Assembly: GCF_001194135.2 (NCBI RefSeq)
Contig: NC_068994.1
Coordinates: 44,884,906-44,948,905 of the forward strand
Direction of reading: 5' to 3'
Origin: Octopus bimaculoides
Taxonomy: Eukaryota
DNA: 64,000 nt
The notes below the pieces were generated by a model. The model did not search any database and was not told the DNA's origin. It saw only the letters and a program-made list of their open reading frames with translations. The position numbers and the translations under genes were made by a program. The first letter of the stretch is position 1; every line of letters begins with the position of its first letter. Shown here in pieces: positions 50,421-63,775 of the stretch.

Positions 50421-53400
50421 AGACTTGGTCAGCACAGTCATGAAAAAAACTCTGAAATGAAATTTTTCAAAACAAAAACCACTCTAGTTGAGACAGATTT
50501 ATCTCCCTTTGACTCGTTCCTGTTGTGTCTGAAATGGGTCGGTTTATATACTATTTTTGTTCATTTGTCAGTAAGTGGGGAATTCCATCTCTCAACATGT
50601 ATTTTCTTTCATGGGGGCACTGACTTAACATCTTTCTTTTGGAATTTAAGAAGGTCCCCAAGTCAAGTGAATTTTTTTAGGATCCTTGCCCTCTTGGCAA
50701 GTTCGCATTGTCTGTTCCCATTGTATGGCTCAGGCTGTTCCAGGAGCTTCCACTTAATCCCGTGACGTTCCCTCTTCTTTTAAATGGCATACGTAGTTTG
50801 CCAAAGACTAAACATTATACTTATCTGGGTTCTTAAAAGGGGACCTATGGTTATATCGTTTCCACTTAAAGGGGGCCTCAATTGGTCCAACATATTTCTG
50901 TGCATGTATCCTTAACTTATTTGTGCTGCTGTTGTTGTAAACTGCTGCTATCACTGCGACTGCTGCAGTTACTTGCGGACATGTTGCTGTTGCTATTGCT
51001 GCTGTTACCGTCAAATGCATTGTTGGTACTGCTGTTGCTGTTGTTACCGCATTGTTGTTGTTGCTGCTGCTACTGGTGGACACCATCTCTGCCTTGTGGA
51101 CCACAGTCTCAAAGTTGCATTGACTGCCTATGGGGCATTCACATAGGTTATCAATACACACACATATACATATATATTGATAATCTACTTCACCTGTCTA
51201 CTTACTTAACTATCCACCTTTGCTATTGATTGACCTATCTTACCCAGCTACCTGTGTTACCTCCCTATACGTCTATCTATCTAGCTACCCATCTACCTAC
51301 TGACTTTCATAAAGTTAACCCCAACAAAATTTGAACTCAGAACATTAAAAGGCAGAACAAATACCACAAGGCATTTTCCCTTAAACTGGTTAGCAAACGA
51401 ACAGAGACAATGAATGTTCAGGATTGAGAGAACCCTTTACACAGGCTGTGGACTTGACAAAACTCTCTACTGCTGATACCTTAAAATACCCCAAATAAAT
51501 TCAGTAAAATTGTTGGCATTAGGAGCGGCATCAAGCTATAGAAACAACACAAAAAATAAAATATATGGGTGACAGGGAGTCTTCCTTCGGACTTAAGAGG
51601 GCAGTAGCTCTGAATAAGAAGTGACTCGGACCACGATTACCTGTCCAACACAGTTGTATGGAAAGTTGTATGATGTAAATTAATGATTATCGTTATCATT
51701 TTACATTTGATTCCCTGCCACCCCGCTGTCATGGGTTGGATGGACTACGATTTAATTAACTAAAAGCAGCACATAAATAAAACATTAACCATGTCAACTT
51801 CAAGGGTCTCGAAGGGTCTACAATGTCTACAGGAATATATACTGAGTTCAGCACCTAATTGCTGGTCTATTTTTATCACCTTCGGAGGAATGAAAAGCAA
51901 AGTTAACCTCTGCAGTTTTGAATTTAGAACATCAATAACCGTAACTAAATACCGCAAAGTATGTTCCTTTATTCAGAGCAAATAAGGTTTTTAATTAAAA
52001 AAAAAAATCTGTTCCTATAGACCAATTATGAGCAAACCGAAGCCCTTAAGACTTTCTGAATGGCACGTCTAAACGAAAAATTACCTTAAATTTTTTTAGT
52101 AGTGAGGCTCGCGTTATAAACCATGTCTCATGCGGTCCGCTTCGCAAAAAAGGTTGCCATACCTGTTATAAACTATAAACGACGGTGGATGGAAGGAATC
52201 GCTTATGTCGGATAGCATATTTTGCGGTATTTAATTACGGCTCTTTATGTTCACTCGCAGAGGTTAACTTTGCCTTTCATTCCTCCGAAGTTGATAAAAA
52301 TAATCCACCAATCAGGTAGTGAATCCAATAATACATCCTAGATGCTTCTGGAATAGTAAGAAATTAGATGAATCTTGGACGGCGACTAAGCGCCCTTTCC
52401 ATAAGAGACCCGGTAACAAGAATGGTAGCGCAAAATAAGACGCACATTAAACACTAACATATTTTCATAAGGCATCCTAAATGTGAAAGGAATTATGACA
52501 GAAAATAACATATGAAGGAGAAACAATAGTGAACAGAATTATAACAGATGGTAGAATAACAACGAGACGACAATAAATGACAGATAAAACATAAAGGCTG
52601 CTTTGGTGATAAACGTTCTAAGCGGCAAATAAGACAGTGAAAGGCCTCCTACAACGTTAAGCATAAGTGCTCTCGCCATGCCGCATTGGACCATGTGATG
52701 TAAGTTACATATATATACACGCTGGGTTTTGTTTTTCTTTTTATTTCTTCACCTACTTACTGCTTGCTCACCTTTTCGTTTCAATTATTAACACACGGTT
52801 AATTAATGACAGCCTGTTAATGTCACCTTTTACGCTTTAGAGGGCCGTTTGTTACAGCTATATAAACTCATCGAAAGAAATCGATATAAAATATATCGGT
52901 TTTTACATGTGTACATATTTCTATATATCGGTTCGAACATGTGTAAATCTATCTGTCTATCTAATCTATCTATCTATCTATCTGTCTATCTATTTCGTCT
53001 TTATATATATATATATATATTCATATATAGACTCTATATGTATTAAATACTTTTTTTTTCTCTGGTTTCTGTATCTAAACGCATATTTACATAATTTGTT
53101 TCCACGAATAAATTTGTCGGGATCAATATCCTGGAAAAAGACATCTCCAGCTTCTGTACCCCAAACTAAAGTCACTTTTGACGTATTTAATTTTTTATTT
53201 TTTTTATTTTGACCAACGTAATAGATGGGGTTAATGAGAAAATACAGAATGAGACGTTCAAGGTTATGTACATCCAGTTTAGAATGTTCCCATGATTAAA
53301 AATCGACTAGCACTCTGTTAATAATCGCGTTTAAATCTATTTTTACTGTTCTTGTCCATATGTAAATGTATTTATGCGGAATGACTGTATTCTAAATGTG

Positions 53401-55224
53401 TGTGTGTAACAAAGATAGATACTAAATTCATACAAAACCAAGCTGTTATGTTTGCATTTAATGATGCACGCCAGAATTGCTTACAAAATATCTATAGACG
53501 ACATCACCATATTTCGCATTTAAAAAAATAAATATTTTGGCAATTACATCCTTTAGGAGACGTGTCTCATGATTATTCTCCCTGACAAAAGCAAATTTTG
53601 TAGGGAGGGCAAACTCTCGGCCCTCTGCCATCGATGTAGAGGTCATGTCCCTCCTCTCTCTTTCTCTCCCCTCCCTTACACTACATACAGATCCGTGTCC
53701 AACACTGTCAGAGCCGTTTTTATGCTGACCACGCAGTCTGAAATGCTCCTTCTCAAAATCCTTCTTTTCTTTTTTTTTTTATTCGTTCGTTACACTCCTA
53801 TAATATATATTTGAGTAATGATTTGTCCCATTTAACTGTAACAAATCAGACCCCCTATTATTTTCTCCCCCCCCCCCATTTTCAATCATTATTTACGTAA
53901 TTTTGTAGGATTTTGTTATTTTATAATTAAGGCTTATGGTAGGAGCAAGCCTGCATGTAGACGTCTTGCCATCTTCGATTGTTACACGCAACCTTGTTCT
54001 CCTTTAACAATTGCCTAATAGGGTCTCTATTGGTTCCCATAACTTAGGCGTCTTACCATCTCTAAATCGAACCCTGGAGACAGCTGTTATTTACAATGGA
54101 AAGGTAATAGGTATTTTTTACTATAGTAGCGATACACAAATTTGCTATTTCGTTTTAGTTTAAGTGTTATCAATAAATACGCAGGAATTAGTTGATCAAA
54201 TATTGTTGCTCCATCTGCAGTTATTGTAGCATCCTTTGTGTATATAGGGGTAGGGAGGGATAATTGCATCTACTTGAATAAAACAATAAAAAAAAAATAA
54301 CGATTGTCAGTTTTATAACGGTCTTGTCTCTCTCAGGGTAATCTTATAAAAGCTTCTGGTCTTTGACGATAAAGATTATCGTTTAATTTTAAGGGCTTTA
54401 TGAAAATTCTACACGTAAGCACGATTATTTATCAAAAGGAAAAAGTCACCAAATGATTGAATCTATCTGTCCATATTCGTTGTTGTCTAGTTCCAAGCCA
54501 GCCGGTCAGTGACGCATATACGCAATATTGGTTGCGTGTTAGATGCGCATTCTTTTTTCTTTTTTTAAGGGTAAAATACCCCGTTGTACTTCTCCAAAAG
54601 ATTTGCCCTTTTTACATGTTGAAAGTCACCTCTGCTGAATTCATTTTTCTGTTCGAATAATCAAGAGAACCTTTATGTGAGCCTTTGATTCGCTAGAAAT
54701 AGCGGCTAAATCTCCCTCGAATTACATGTTTTTTTAAAAAATTACTATTACTATTTTAAAGAGTGGGATACTCTGGGTAATGTAGTTCCTAGATACATTT
54801 ATATCTGAAATAGGAGGGATGATTTCGGTTGGAACGTTTTTGATCATAGATCTTAGTTTGGTCATAGTTAACCATGGGGCCAGCAATAACGGTATAACAA
54901 CCGTCTTTATTTTAGTACATTCTGATTATAGGTACCTTGACGGAGTTCAGCGCTTTTGTCTCGTGCGACTAATAGGAAATATATACAAAAATAAAAATGA
55001 TATGTAAGTGAAGTGAACCAGCCCAGCTGTAGATCGAAACACAAGTCGCAGAAACTTGTTTCACGCCATTCGAACGCGTACCCCCTTCCCCGCCGCAATT
55101 TATTTTAATTTACTTTCATTTTTAGTGCGTGTATACACTTGCGAGTGTCCATGCGTGTGTATAGGAAAATAGCTGTGTATTAATGTTTATAAATGTACGC
55201 GCTGCTATATATGTAGGGTATATA

Positions 55225-55444
55225 CGAGGGGTTGCTGAAAAGTTCCTAGCTTTGGGTAAAAGAAAATACAAGCGGATCAGTTAATTATGATTTTATTCCT
55301 CCACATATTCCTCTCTCAGAATCACACACTAATTGCAGCAGTCCTTCAGTTTTTTGAAGCCCTGCAAAAGAACTCGGAAGGTTGGGCCATCAACCAGGCC
55401 TTTCGCAACATCCTTAAAGCCAGGAGCTTTTCAGCACCCTCTCG
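55225..55444. mobile_element. Mariner-type MITE
   Basis: TA|CGAGGGGTTGCTGAAAAGTTCCTAGCTTT ... AAAGCCAGGAGCTTTTCAGCACCCTCTCG. A truncated second TIR lies at 55770-55788. Confidence 0.75.
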
Positions 55445-55509
55445 GAAAGGTGTGATTGTGTATACACTTGCGAGTGTCCGTGCGTGTGTATGGAAAGACT
55501 GGTAGAGAC

Positions 55510-55703
55510 GGACTATATGTAATCTGAACCTCCCCCCCTTATTTATTACCCTGTGGATCTATATAAAAACCGGTGGGGGGGGTCGAAATTGAGATTTTTG
55601 GGGAAAAAATTTCAGAATCGGAATCTCCATAGCCTAAAACGTGAGATTCCGTAAAAAAAAAATAATAAAACAAGGGGGGAAAGGTTCAGATTACATATAG
55701 TCC
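55510..55703. mobile_element. MITE-like insertion with perfect 22-bp TIRs
   Basis: GGACTATATGTAATCTGAACCT / AGGTTCAGATTACATATAGTCC. No clear TSD. Confidence 0.7.
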
Positions 55704-56418
55704 ATCTGGACCTTAATGTTTATGAATATACGTGCTACATTATAATGAATTATAAATGTAGGGGATATACGAGGGGTTGCTGAAAAGTCGTTTATGTCAA
55801 ACCAGTTCCTGGGATTTGTGGGTATATCTGCTCTTATTTAATGAATGTACATTTAGTACCGAAGTGTATGGAATTACTCATATACATGTATATATGTATA
55901 TATATATATGTGTGTGTGTGTGTGTATTTATGTGTCTGTCTTAGTCCCCTCCACCACCACCGCTTGACAACTTGTGTTGGTGTGTTTGCGTCACCGTAAC
56001 TTAGCGGTTTGGCCAAAGAGACTGATAGAATAAGTACCAGGCTTAAAATAAAGAATTCGATTCATTCGACTAAAAAAGAATTCAAAGCAGTGCCCCAGCA
56101 TAGCCACAGTCTAATGACTGAAACATGTAAAAGAATGTGTGTGTGTGTGTGTGTGTGTATACATTTGTATTCATGTGATTGAGTGTCTGTGTTAATTCCA
56201 AGAAACTCAAAGGGAGAATCTTTGGAATATTTTACACATTTTTTTATTGTTTATGACTTGCATTTGGGGCTACAAGTTAGTTTGCATTGTTCTTCGTTAG
56301 TACCAGCTTCCCACTCCACCCCAGTATTTCCAGGCTTTTGTACAAATCTCTTGTTACCTATCCCAGGCTTTTGTACAAATCTCTTGTTACCTATCCCAGT
56401 AGACCTATGATAATAGTT

Positions 56419-56769
56419 CATCATCATTTAATGTCTGTTTTCCATGCTGGCATGGGTTGGGCGGTTTGACTGGAGCTGGTAAGGCAGAGAGCTATACCAG
56501 GCTCCAGTCTGGTTTGGCTTGCTTTCTATTGCTGGATGCCCTTTGTAACACCAACCATTCCACAGAGTGAACCAGATGCCTTTTACGTGTCCTCAACATG
56601 AGCGCCTCCATGTGTCACTGGCACTGGCCATATATATGATTTCGCTTGACTTGATGGGTCTTCTCAAGCACAGCAAATCGCCAAAGTTCCTCAATCACTT
56701 GTCATTGCCTCTGTGAAACTCAACATCCGAAGATCATACTTCACTACCTCATCTCCTGTCTTCCTGGGT
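56419..56769 (-). mobile_element. RTE-tailed SINE, diverged copy
   Basis: ccatgctggcatgggttgg...ggatgccc...cttctcaagcacagc, same family as 9506. Confidence 0.65.
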
Positions 56770-56809
56770 GTACCCAGGAAGACATGAGATGTCCCTCCAC
56801 AAAAAAAAA

Positions 56810-58260
56810 TCTATTGCTTGGTTGTAAGAACTGTAAGTTCTGCATTAGTTGATTATAGTTGTCTTTTTGTTTTTTTGTTGTTGTTTTATTTCACAACTGT
56901 AGATGAGACATTCACATCCACTGGTCCACTAACCTCTCTACAACAGTATAAAATTGCTATTTTTTTTAAATTTAAATTTTCTACCAGAATTCCATATTTT
57001 TTAACAGTATAGATATCTTCTGATTCTGGTATACCTTCTGTATGATTGTCAGTGTACTTCTTTCTACTGATAGCATTGTAAATAATTTTGGTAGCAATGT
57101 CATGTCTCACAGAAAACTAGTATCTTACAGACATTTCAGAGCAGCTACTGTTGATGTGATATCTTCCACACTGTTACTGTACACTCAACATTTTTTTATC
57201 ACAATATGGAGGTTTAGAAACATTTTAATTTTTTTGTTGTTGAGATTGTCTAAGTAGCTATCTTCTTCTGTTCCTGAATAGTAAATATATTTACTATCCT
57301 TCTAGGTGGAATGTGATGTATCTCTCACAGTCCCAGGAGCAGCTACTCTTCCTATCAGAATTGCTGATATCTTTTGTGGCATGTGTACTCTTACATGACT
57401 TCGGCTTATATGACAGGTGTTTCTCCAAGACTGTTTAAGTAGGTTAGTTCAACTACAATTAGGTTGCATGGAACAGCTGTACACTTAACTTTCTTCATCT
57501 ACTCCAAAAATGATATTTTCACTGTTGAGCCAAATCAGACTGGAGCCTGGTGTTGCCATCCGGTTTCACCAGTCCTCAGTCAAATCGTCCAACCCATGCT
57601 AGCATGGAAAGCGGACGTTAAACGATGATGATGATGATGATGATGATGAGCATACGTGTGATATGCTCATTTCCCCCCCCCCCCTTTACTGTTCACTAGG
57701 TGCTGTGTGAGCATTACAGTGTAACACTCAAATCTCTTTGGACTGATCTTATGTCTCTGGCATGATCTTTCTAACTTAGATCCTGTCAGTATCACAGTTT
57801 ACATGGAAGTTACTAATATCTTTTCTGATCTCAGTATCCAAGTCGTGGATCCCTTTACATGTCCAATCTAATGCCCTAAATGTTGGTATTAGCACTGGCC
57901 CTGGAAAATTTTTTTTTTTTTTAATGCAGACAACTCTTGTTTCCATACATGAAGTCTGTTGAAGTATTCCTTTGTCAAACTAACTTCAACACCACCAATA
58001 TTTGCAACATTCTCATCTATTCTAAGGTACTTGTAACATTCATTATTAGAGGTAGAGAAAATAAGACAAGGTCATTTGATTCCATATTCCTCTTCTAGTC
58101 AATAATCTTTCCTAAATTAACTACCAAATTTGAACATTTTCCTCACGAAATTCCAGTCCTATGTTCTGTAAGAATGTTGTGGCCAGCTCTATCTCTTGGT
58201 GCCATGAATTTTACCAACATACAGCTTAAGTTCATTAACAAAAAAGACATGGGTGATATT
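56810..58260 (-). mobile_element. Degenerate R4/NeSL-type non-LTR retrotransposon fragment (RT end plus CCHC knuckle)
   Basis: Disrupted translation resembles YKYLxIDEN...KEYFNRL...PVLIPTFxALDWT...IRK and C..C....EDI..RHDIATKIIYNAI. A SINE tail is inserted at 57531-57649. Confidence 0.65.
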
Positions 58261-58975
58261 AATTTTCCTTCATGTATGTACAGTATGTGTGTTTGTGTAT
58301 GTGTTTGTTTTTGAGCAGTAGTATGTGTGTGTTTGTATATTTGTATGCATTTATGGTAATTTATTATGTATGAGGAACAACTTTTTTTGTAGATCTGTAT
58401 TGATCAGTGATGTAGTTAATAGGGAAGTGAACCCCCTACTCACCCACTGAGCATATTTTTCAAAATTGGCACCTTTTCAGCAATTTTCTAAAACTCGTCC
58501 ACTTGTGCAATAACAGTTGAATCTTTTATGTTTTTGTTAATCACATGACCTTGAAAGAACTTTCTAGAATCGTTACTTTATTTGACCAACCTCCCATGTT
58601 TTTGAACTGCTTAATCTCCTATGATGTGTCGGTAGCCACTGGCATCTGAAGAGCCAAAACAAAAACCTGATTCATAAACTCTCGACACTGGACAGTCCCG
58701 TAGAGTTTCGTCTTTTTCTTGTCACACCTTTATCAGTAGTTGTAAGTTTCATACATAATGACATTGTTACTGAAATATAAAACATGAAATTAATGAATGT
58801 AGAATACAATTATTCATGAAATATTTGTGTAATATAAGAGATATGAGTTAAAAATTGTTTGGTATGTGTCATGATGTCTTCATTTTATGTGCTTGCTCTC
58901 ACTAAATTTGAAACCTGGCTGTGCCTCTAGAATTGATATTATGATTGTGTACAAGTTGTATTTATTATCATGAAA

Positions 58976-59380
58976 TAGGCGCAGGAGTGACTGCAATAGG
59001 TGCAGAAGTGGCTGTGTGGTAAGTAGCTTGCTTACCAACCACATGGTTCCGGGTTCAATCCCACTGCGTGGCACCTTGGGCAAGTGTCTTCTACTATAGC
59101 CTCGGGCTGACCAAAGCCTTGTGAGTGGATTTGGTAGACGGAAACTAAAAAAAGCCCGTCGTATATATGTGTATGTTTGTGTCTGTGTTTGTTCCCCCAA
59201 CATCGCTTGACAACCGATGCTGGTGTGTTTATGTCCCCGTAACTTAGCGGTTCGGCAAGAGATCGATAGAATAAGTACTAGGCTTCCAAAGAATAAGTCC
59301 TGGGGTCGATTTGCTCGACTAAAAGGCGGTGCTCCAGCATGGCTGCAGTCAAATGACTGAAACAAGTAAAAGAGTAAAGA
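58976..59380 (+). mobile_element. Full-length tRNA-derived SINE (octopus OK/OR-like), young copy
   Basis: Pol III A box TGGCTGTGTGG (59009-59019), B box GGTTCAATCCC (59052-59062), internal microsatellite and 3' end aaacaagtaaaagagtaaaga. The head is duplicated. Confidence 0.85.
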
Positions 59381-60357
59381 GAGGAGTTTGTTTTTGTCTG
59401 TGACTACTGCATATTACCTGTGCGTTTACTTTAGCATCCTGCAATGTTACAAGTCTTGTTTCCATCATTAACCATCTATTTTTGTGGGGATATCTGCTAA
59501 GTATAAATGCGTTGTCCACAAGTGTTTTCCTGTGTCGTTTTCTTTTGTATTGTGTTTTATATTGCATTGCAATTGCCCCTTGTTATAAATATATGGTGAA
59601 CCAGCAGCAGAAATAATACTTGTTATGGCCAGCTTAACATTTGGAGTTATGAGGTTTAACAACTTTCGTGTTTGCCATTGAATTTACACATCACATTGCT
59701 CATTAGTAGTTTGTTTATAGAAACTACATCTTGTAGTTTGTTATTTATTATTTATTTATTTTTTTTGCTATCTTACTGTTTATGTAGTATATTATTAGCA
59801 TTAGTTTATACTTTGATGCGTTGCTTTTGGTGTTCTGTGTTATAAGGTTTTTGATAACTGATTAAGCATTCAGTTATTCTATATTTAATAAGCATCTGAT
59901 TAATATAATGAATTTTATGTGGCTTGTCTTTGTCTATTGAATTTTGTGCTTTGTATTTCTTACTATCTTGTTTTATATTAGTTTTTCTTTTATTTATTAT
60001 TTTTTTTATATTTGTAGTATTTTATTAGTGTTTATGGTTTGACCTAATGCATTTTGTATTCTGTTTTATAAGGGCTCTGATAATGTTTCCATCTATTCTG
60101 TAGTTAATATACATTTGATTCAGTAATGCACTTCATGTGGTTTGTGTACTTTTAATAGAGCTAGTAGTGTCTGATCTATTTGGGTTCTATTTGTGTTCTA
60201 TTTGTATGGCTTGGTCTATTAGTCTTTGTAGATTAATGTCTGTACTATTGTCTAGATTTCTTTATCTTGTGATTCGTTTCTGGAATCTAAATGGTTCTAC
60301 CTCTGACATTTTTGTATCTTTGTACACTTTCATTGTCTCAGTGTAAGTATTTCTTTT

Positions 60358-60744
60358 ATCTTTTACTTGTTTCTGACATTGAACTTTGGGCCATGCTGGG
60401 AGCAAATTGCTCCCAGTACTTCTGTTTTTTTTTTTTATAAGTCTGGTACTTATTCTGTCAGTCTCTTTTGCCCAGCTGTTAAGTTACAGGGGATGTAAAC
60501 AAACCAACACTGGCTGTCAAGCAGTGGGGTGGATGCAAACAGAAACATAAAGGCACACACAGATATGTGTGTGTGTGTGTGTTGTTCCACACAGTTTCTG
60601 TGAATTTCACTTGCAAGGTATTGGTCAGTCCAGGGCTGTAGTAGAAAGACACTTGGTCCAAGGTGCTATGCAATGGGATTGAACTTGAAACCACATGTTT
60701 GCAAAATGACCTCCCTACCTACACAGCCATGCCAGTTTCTATGC
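60358..60744 (-). mobile_element. tRNA-derived SINE, diverged copy
   Basis: Reverse complement of the 58976 family. Confidence 0.7.
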
Positions 60745-60799
60745 ATTTATTTGTGTCTTAAGAGTACAGATGTAATGTGTCTTTTTTTTTTTTTTTTTT

Positions 60800-61070
60800 T
60801 TATAATTTTTTTTTTTTTAATTCTGAGTATTTATATCTAGAAATACCTATTGTATTTTTAGTATTCTGGATATTGAATTTTAGTAGTGAGTTGTTTTCAG
60901 AGTCTTCTTTTAATTTCTCAGCATCTTCCAGTATGACCACTATATGTATATTATCCTCATATCTGATGTGTATCGTATGTTTATATCTTGGTAACACTTT
61001 AATTTCTATTGTGGACATATACACTGAAGTTGAATGAGATGCAACTACTTTTCAGGCCTGTATGTTCTCT
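60800..61070 (-). mobile_element. Highly decayed RTE/BovB-like RT fragment
   Basis: IRYEDNI...EKLKEDSENNSLLKFNIQNTK resembles LRYADD...KVKEESEKVGLKLNIQKTK. Confidence 0.45.
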
Positions 61071-61196
61071 TTAGAGTTTAAAGCCCCCAAAATAATAATG
61101 CTGGACCAACCAAAACTGAGTGGATTTAGCAGATCAAAACTGAAATAATCCCATTGTATATGTGAAATGTATGTGTATATAAGTGTATGTATGTAT

Positions 61197-61240
<44 letters not shown>

Positions 61241-61676
61241 NNNNNNNNNNNNNNNNNNNATATGTTAGGATCCACAATGAGCAGAACTTACTTGCAGGTA
61301 TTGGTAGTGCAAATCAGAGGTGCAATCTGTGTGGGTGTTTTTTCAAAACACTGTCTGGTTTAAAAAGCCACATCAGACGCCATGAAAGGGCTAAGGTGTA
61401 GGTGCAGGAGGTGGTCAAACTCTGTTTAAGGAGTAGACAACCACTATATATATATGTATGTATGTTTTCAGTCAACAGGTGAAATCTAAAGATGCTCAAT
61501 ATAGATTGAACTTAAACGCTAGTCTTTATCAAGGATTAGGCTCATGGGGTAAAAGAGTGGCTATAAGAGAAATTCAGGTGAGCTGATACGGAGATAGTGT
61601 CTCAGATAAACATGATTAGGCTTGCTATATATAAATATACATGTATATAAATACATTCATGGATATATATATATTA

Positions 61677-62195
61677 GTCCAACCCATGCTAAAGTGTTAT
61701 CTGTTTGGTGGGATATGAAAGGTTTATTCCACTTTGAACTTTTAAACCCAAACCAAACGATAACAAAGGAGATCTACTACAAGCAGCTTGAGCAGCTTAA
61801 GTCAGTGCTAGGAGAAAAACAACCATTTTTGGTTTCAAGACGAAAGGTGTTCTTCCATCTGGATAATGCTCAGCCACATGCGTCGAGGATCACATTCCAA
61901 AGGCTGGAGCAGTTTGAATGGGAAATGATGCTGCACCACCATATTCACCAGACATTATCCCATCTAATTATCATTTATTCCACAGTCTTCAAAATCATTT
62001 GGACAGAAAAAATATGAATTCTGTAGACGAGGTCAGAACAGTACTGGAGGAGTATTTTTTTGTCACAGACAAGTGAATTTTGGGAGAGCATTGTAAAAAA
62101 TGAAAGAGAGTATATTTTATATTAAAAAAGAACTTTGATTATCTTAATTTTGAAAAATAAAAGAAGTATAATTATTATTTATGAGATGACCCAAT
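61677..62195 (+). mobile_element. Mariner transposase pseudogene fragment with right TIR
   Basis: KVLSVWWDMKGLFHFELL...FFHLDNAQPH...WEMMLHH, frameshift, then PYSPDIIPSNYHLFHSLQNHL. Ends atgagatgacccaa|TA. Confidence 0.88.
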
Positions 62196-63775
62196 ATAAG
62201 TTTCAAGCCTTACGATTGTTACTACAATGACTGTGTTGTGCTCTTAAGCAAAGCTCATAGGCTCTGTGCGTTTGGAGGGAGAGAAAATTCCCATCTGATG
62301 CCCTAATTAACTGCAAGTGATTAGAAGTCAAAAGAAACATTCTTCTTTAAAATCAGTTTCTCTGACTCCAGCACAACACTCACACTATCATAAAAATCAG
62401 TAGAAAAAAAAATAATAAATGTTCAGACTATTGAAAGGATTACAACACTGTCTAAATCTTTAATCCTAATAAATAGCTTACATTAGATATTACTAACATA
62501 TTTTGACATATTAGAAAAACTAAAAACGTCAGCAGAAATACCAAGCATTTCAGTTCATTTATTAGATTTGGTTTTTGTGTTTCAGGCTTTTCTTTAATTT
62601 TTTTTCTTTGACATTGTTTATTTAGCTTGGGTTTTGTTTTGTTGAAGCAATTTTTTTTTTCTTTTACAGTTGGGTGCTCCTTACTGGAAATCACTTAACC
62701 CTGAGTAAAACTTATTTTTGTTCACTTAAGCAAAATGAAGCATAATTTAGCTGATTTGCTTGGGACCAGAACATAAATGGTCTATTCCCAAGTATCTTGC
62801 TTAGGGCCAGGACACAAATGCAGTGGTCTTAGAATTCAAACTTGTAGCCTCTAGCCCAATGCCTTAACCTTCTGGCTATGGTACCTGCAAAAAATAAAGA
62901 AATCAGTTAGCAATCTTAAGAGTGGCAGGTAAAGTCAAAACCATCGACCCCAGTATTTGACTGGTACTTTAGTTTATCAACTCTGCCAAGATGAAAAGCA
63001 ATGTTGACTTTGGTAACTTTTGAATTCAGAACATAAAAGAGCCAGAACAAATACCCTAAAACATTCTAATGATTTTGCCAGCTCACTGCCCTTTGTTTAT
63101 AGATAATGAAAGCATTAGGTGAGGCTTTAATTAGATAATTAACAAGCAGTCAGTTAAAACCAGCTTAAGATTGATGGCCCCTACCAAAGTTCACTTTCTC
63201 TGGATAACAAGCAATGAATTGATGTTATATTGTTAAAAATAGAAAAATTCAGGTCATTTTGAAGTGTTTAATCAATCGGTTTCTAAGAAGACGTGTAGTT
63301 TTAGTTGATTTGATTAGGACTGACCTTGGCCATCACACTTATGACACAACACTGAGTAAGGATGATAAGGTCACTGTTCTGTACACCAGTTCATGTCACA
63401 TTTAAACTAGAGCCAACAACCTGCTAGAACTAGCTAAATCTCACTCAGATCACATTTGTAAGCTGCAAGAAAGAAAAAAAATGTCAGGTAGAATGCTTTG
63501 TAGTATTTGTTTTAATTTTATGTGCTCTTGAGTTCACATTCTGCTTTGGTCAACTTCATCTTTCATCCTTTCATCATCGTCATCGTCTCAAGTCTTATGA
63601 CTCATAGCACTGTTTACCTGGTTTCCATGGTTAGGGGTAGAGTCAGCGATCAGAGATCACAACATTGCCCCTGAACAGGATGCCAGTTTTCCGCAGAGTT
63701 ACTTATTTACAGCTGAGTTGGCTGGAGCAATGTGAAATGGAGTGTTTTGCTCCAGAACAAAACACACGGCCCAGT

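Noticed and set aside
56330-56399. 33-bp direct repeat x2 (ccaggcttttgtacaaatctcttgttacctatc)
   Set aside because: Simple adjacent duplication without spacers, so not CRISPR-like.
59009-59062. tRNA-like A and B boxes
   Set aside because: Head of a tRNA-derived SINE. I could not fold a complete cloverleaf, so it is not a tRNA gene.
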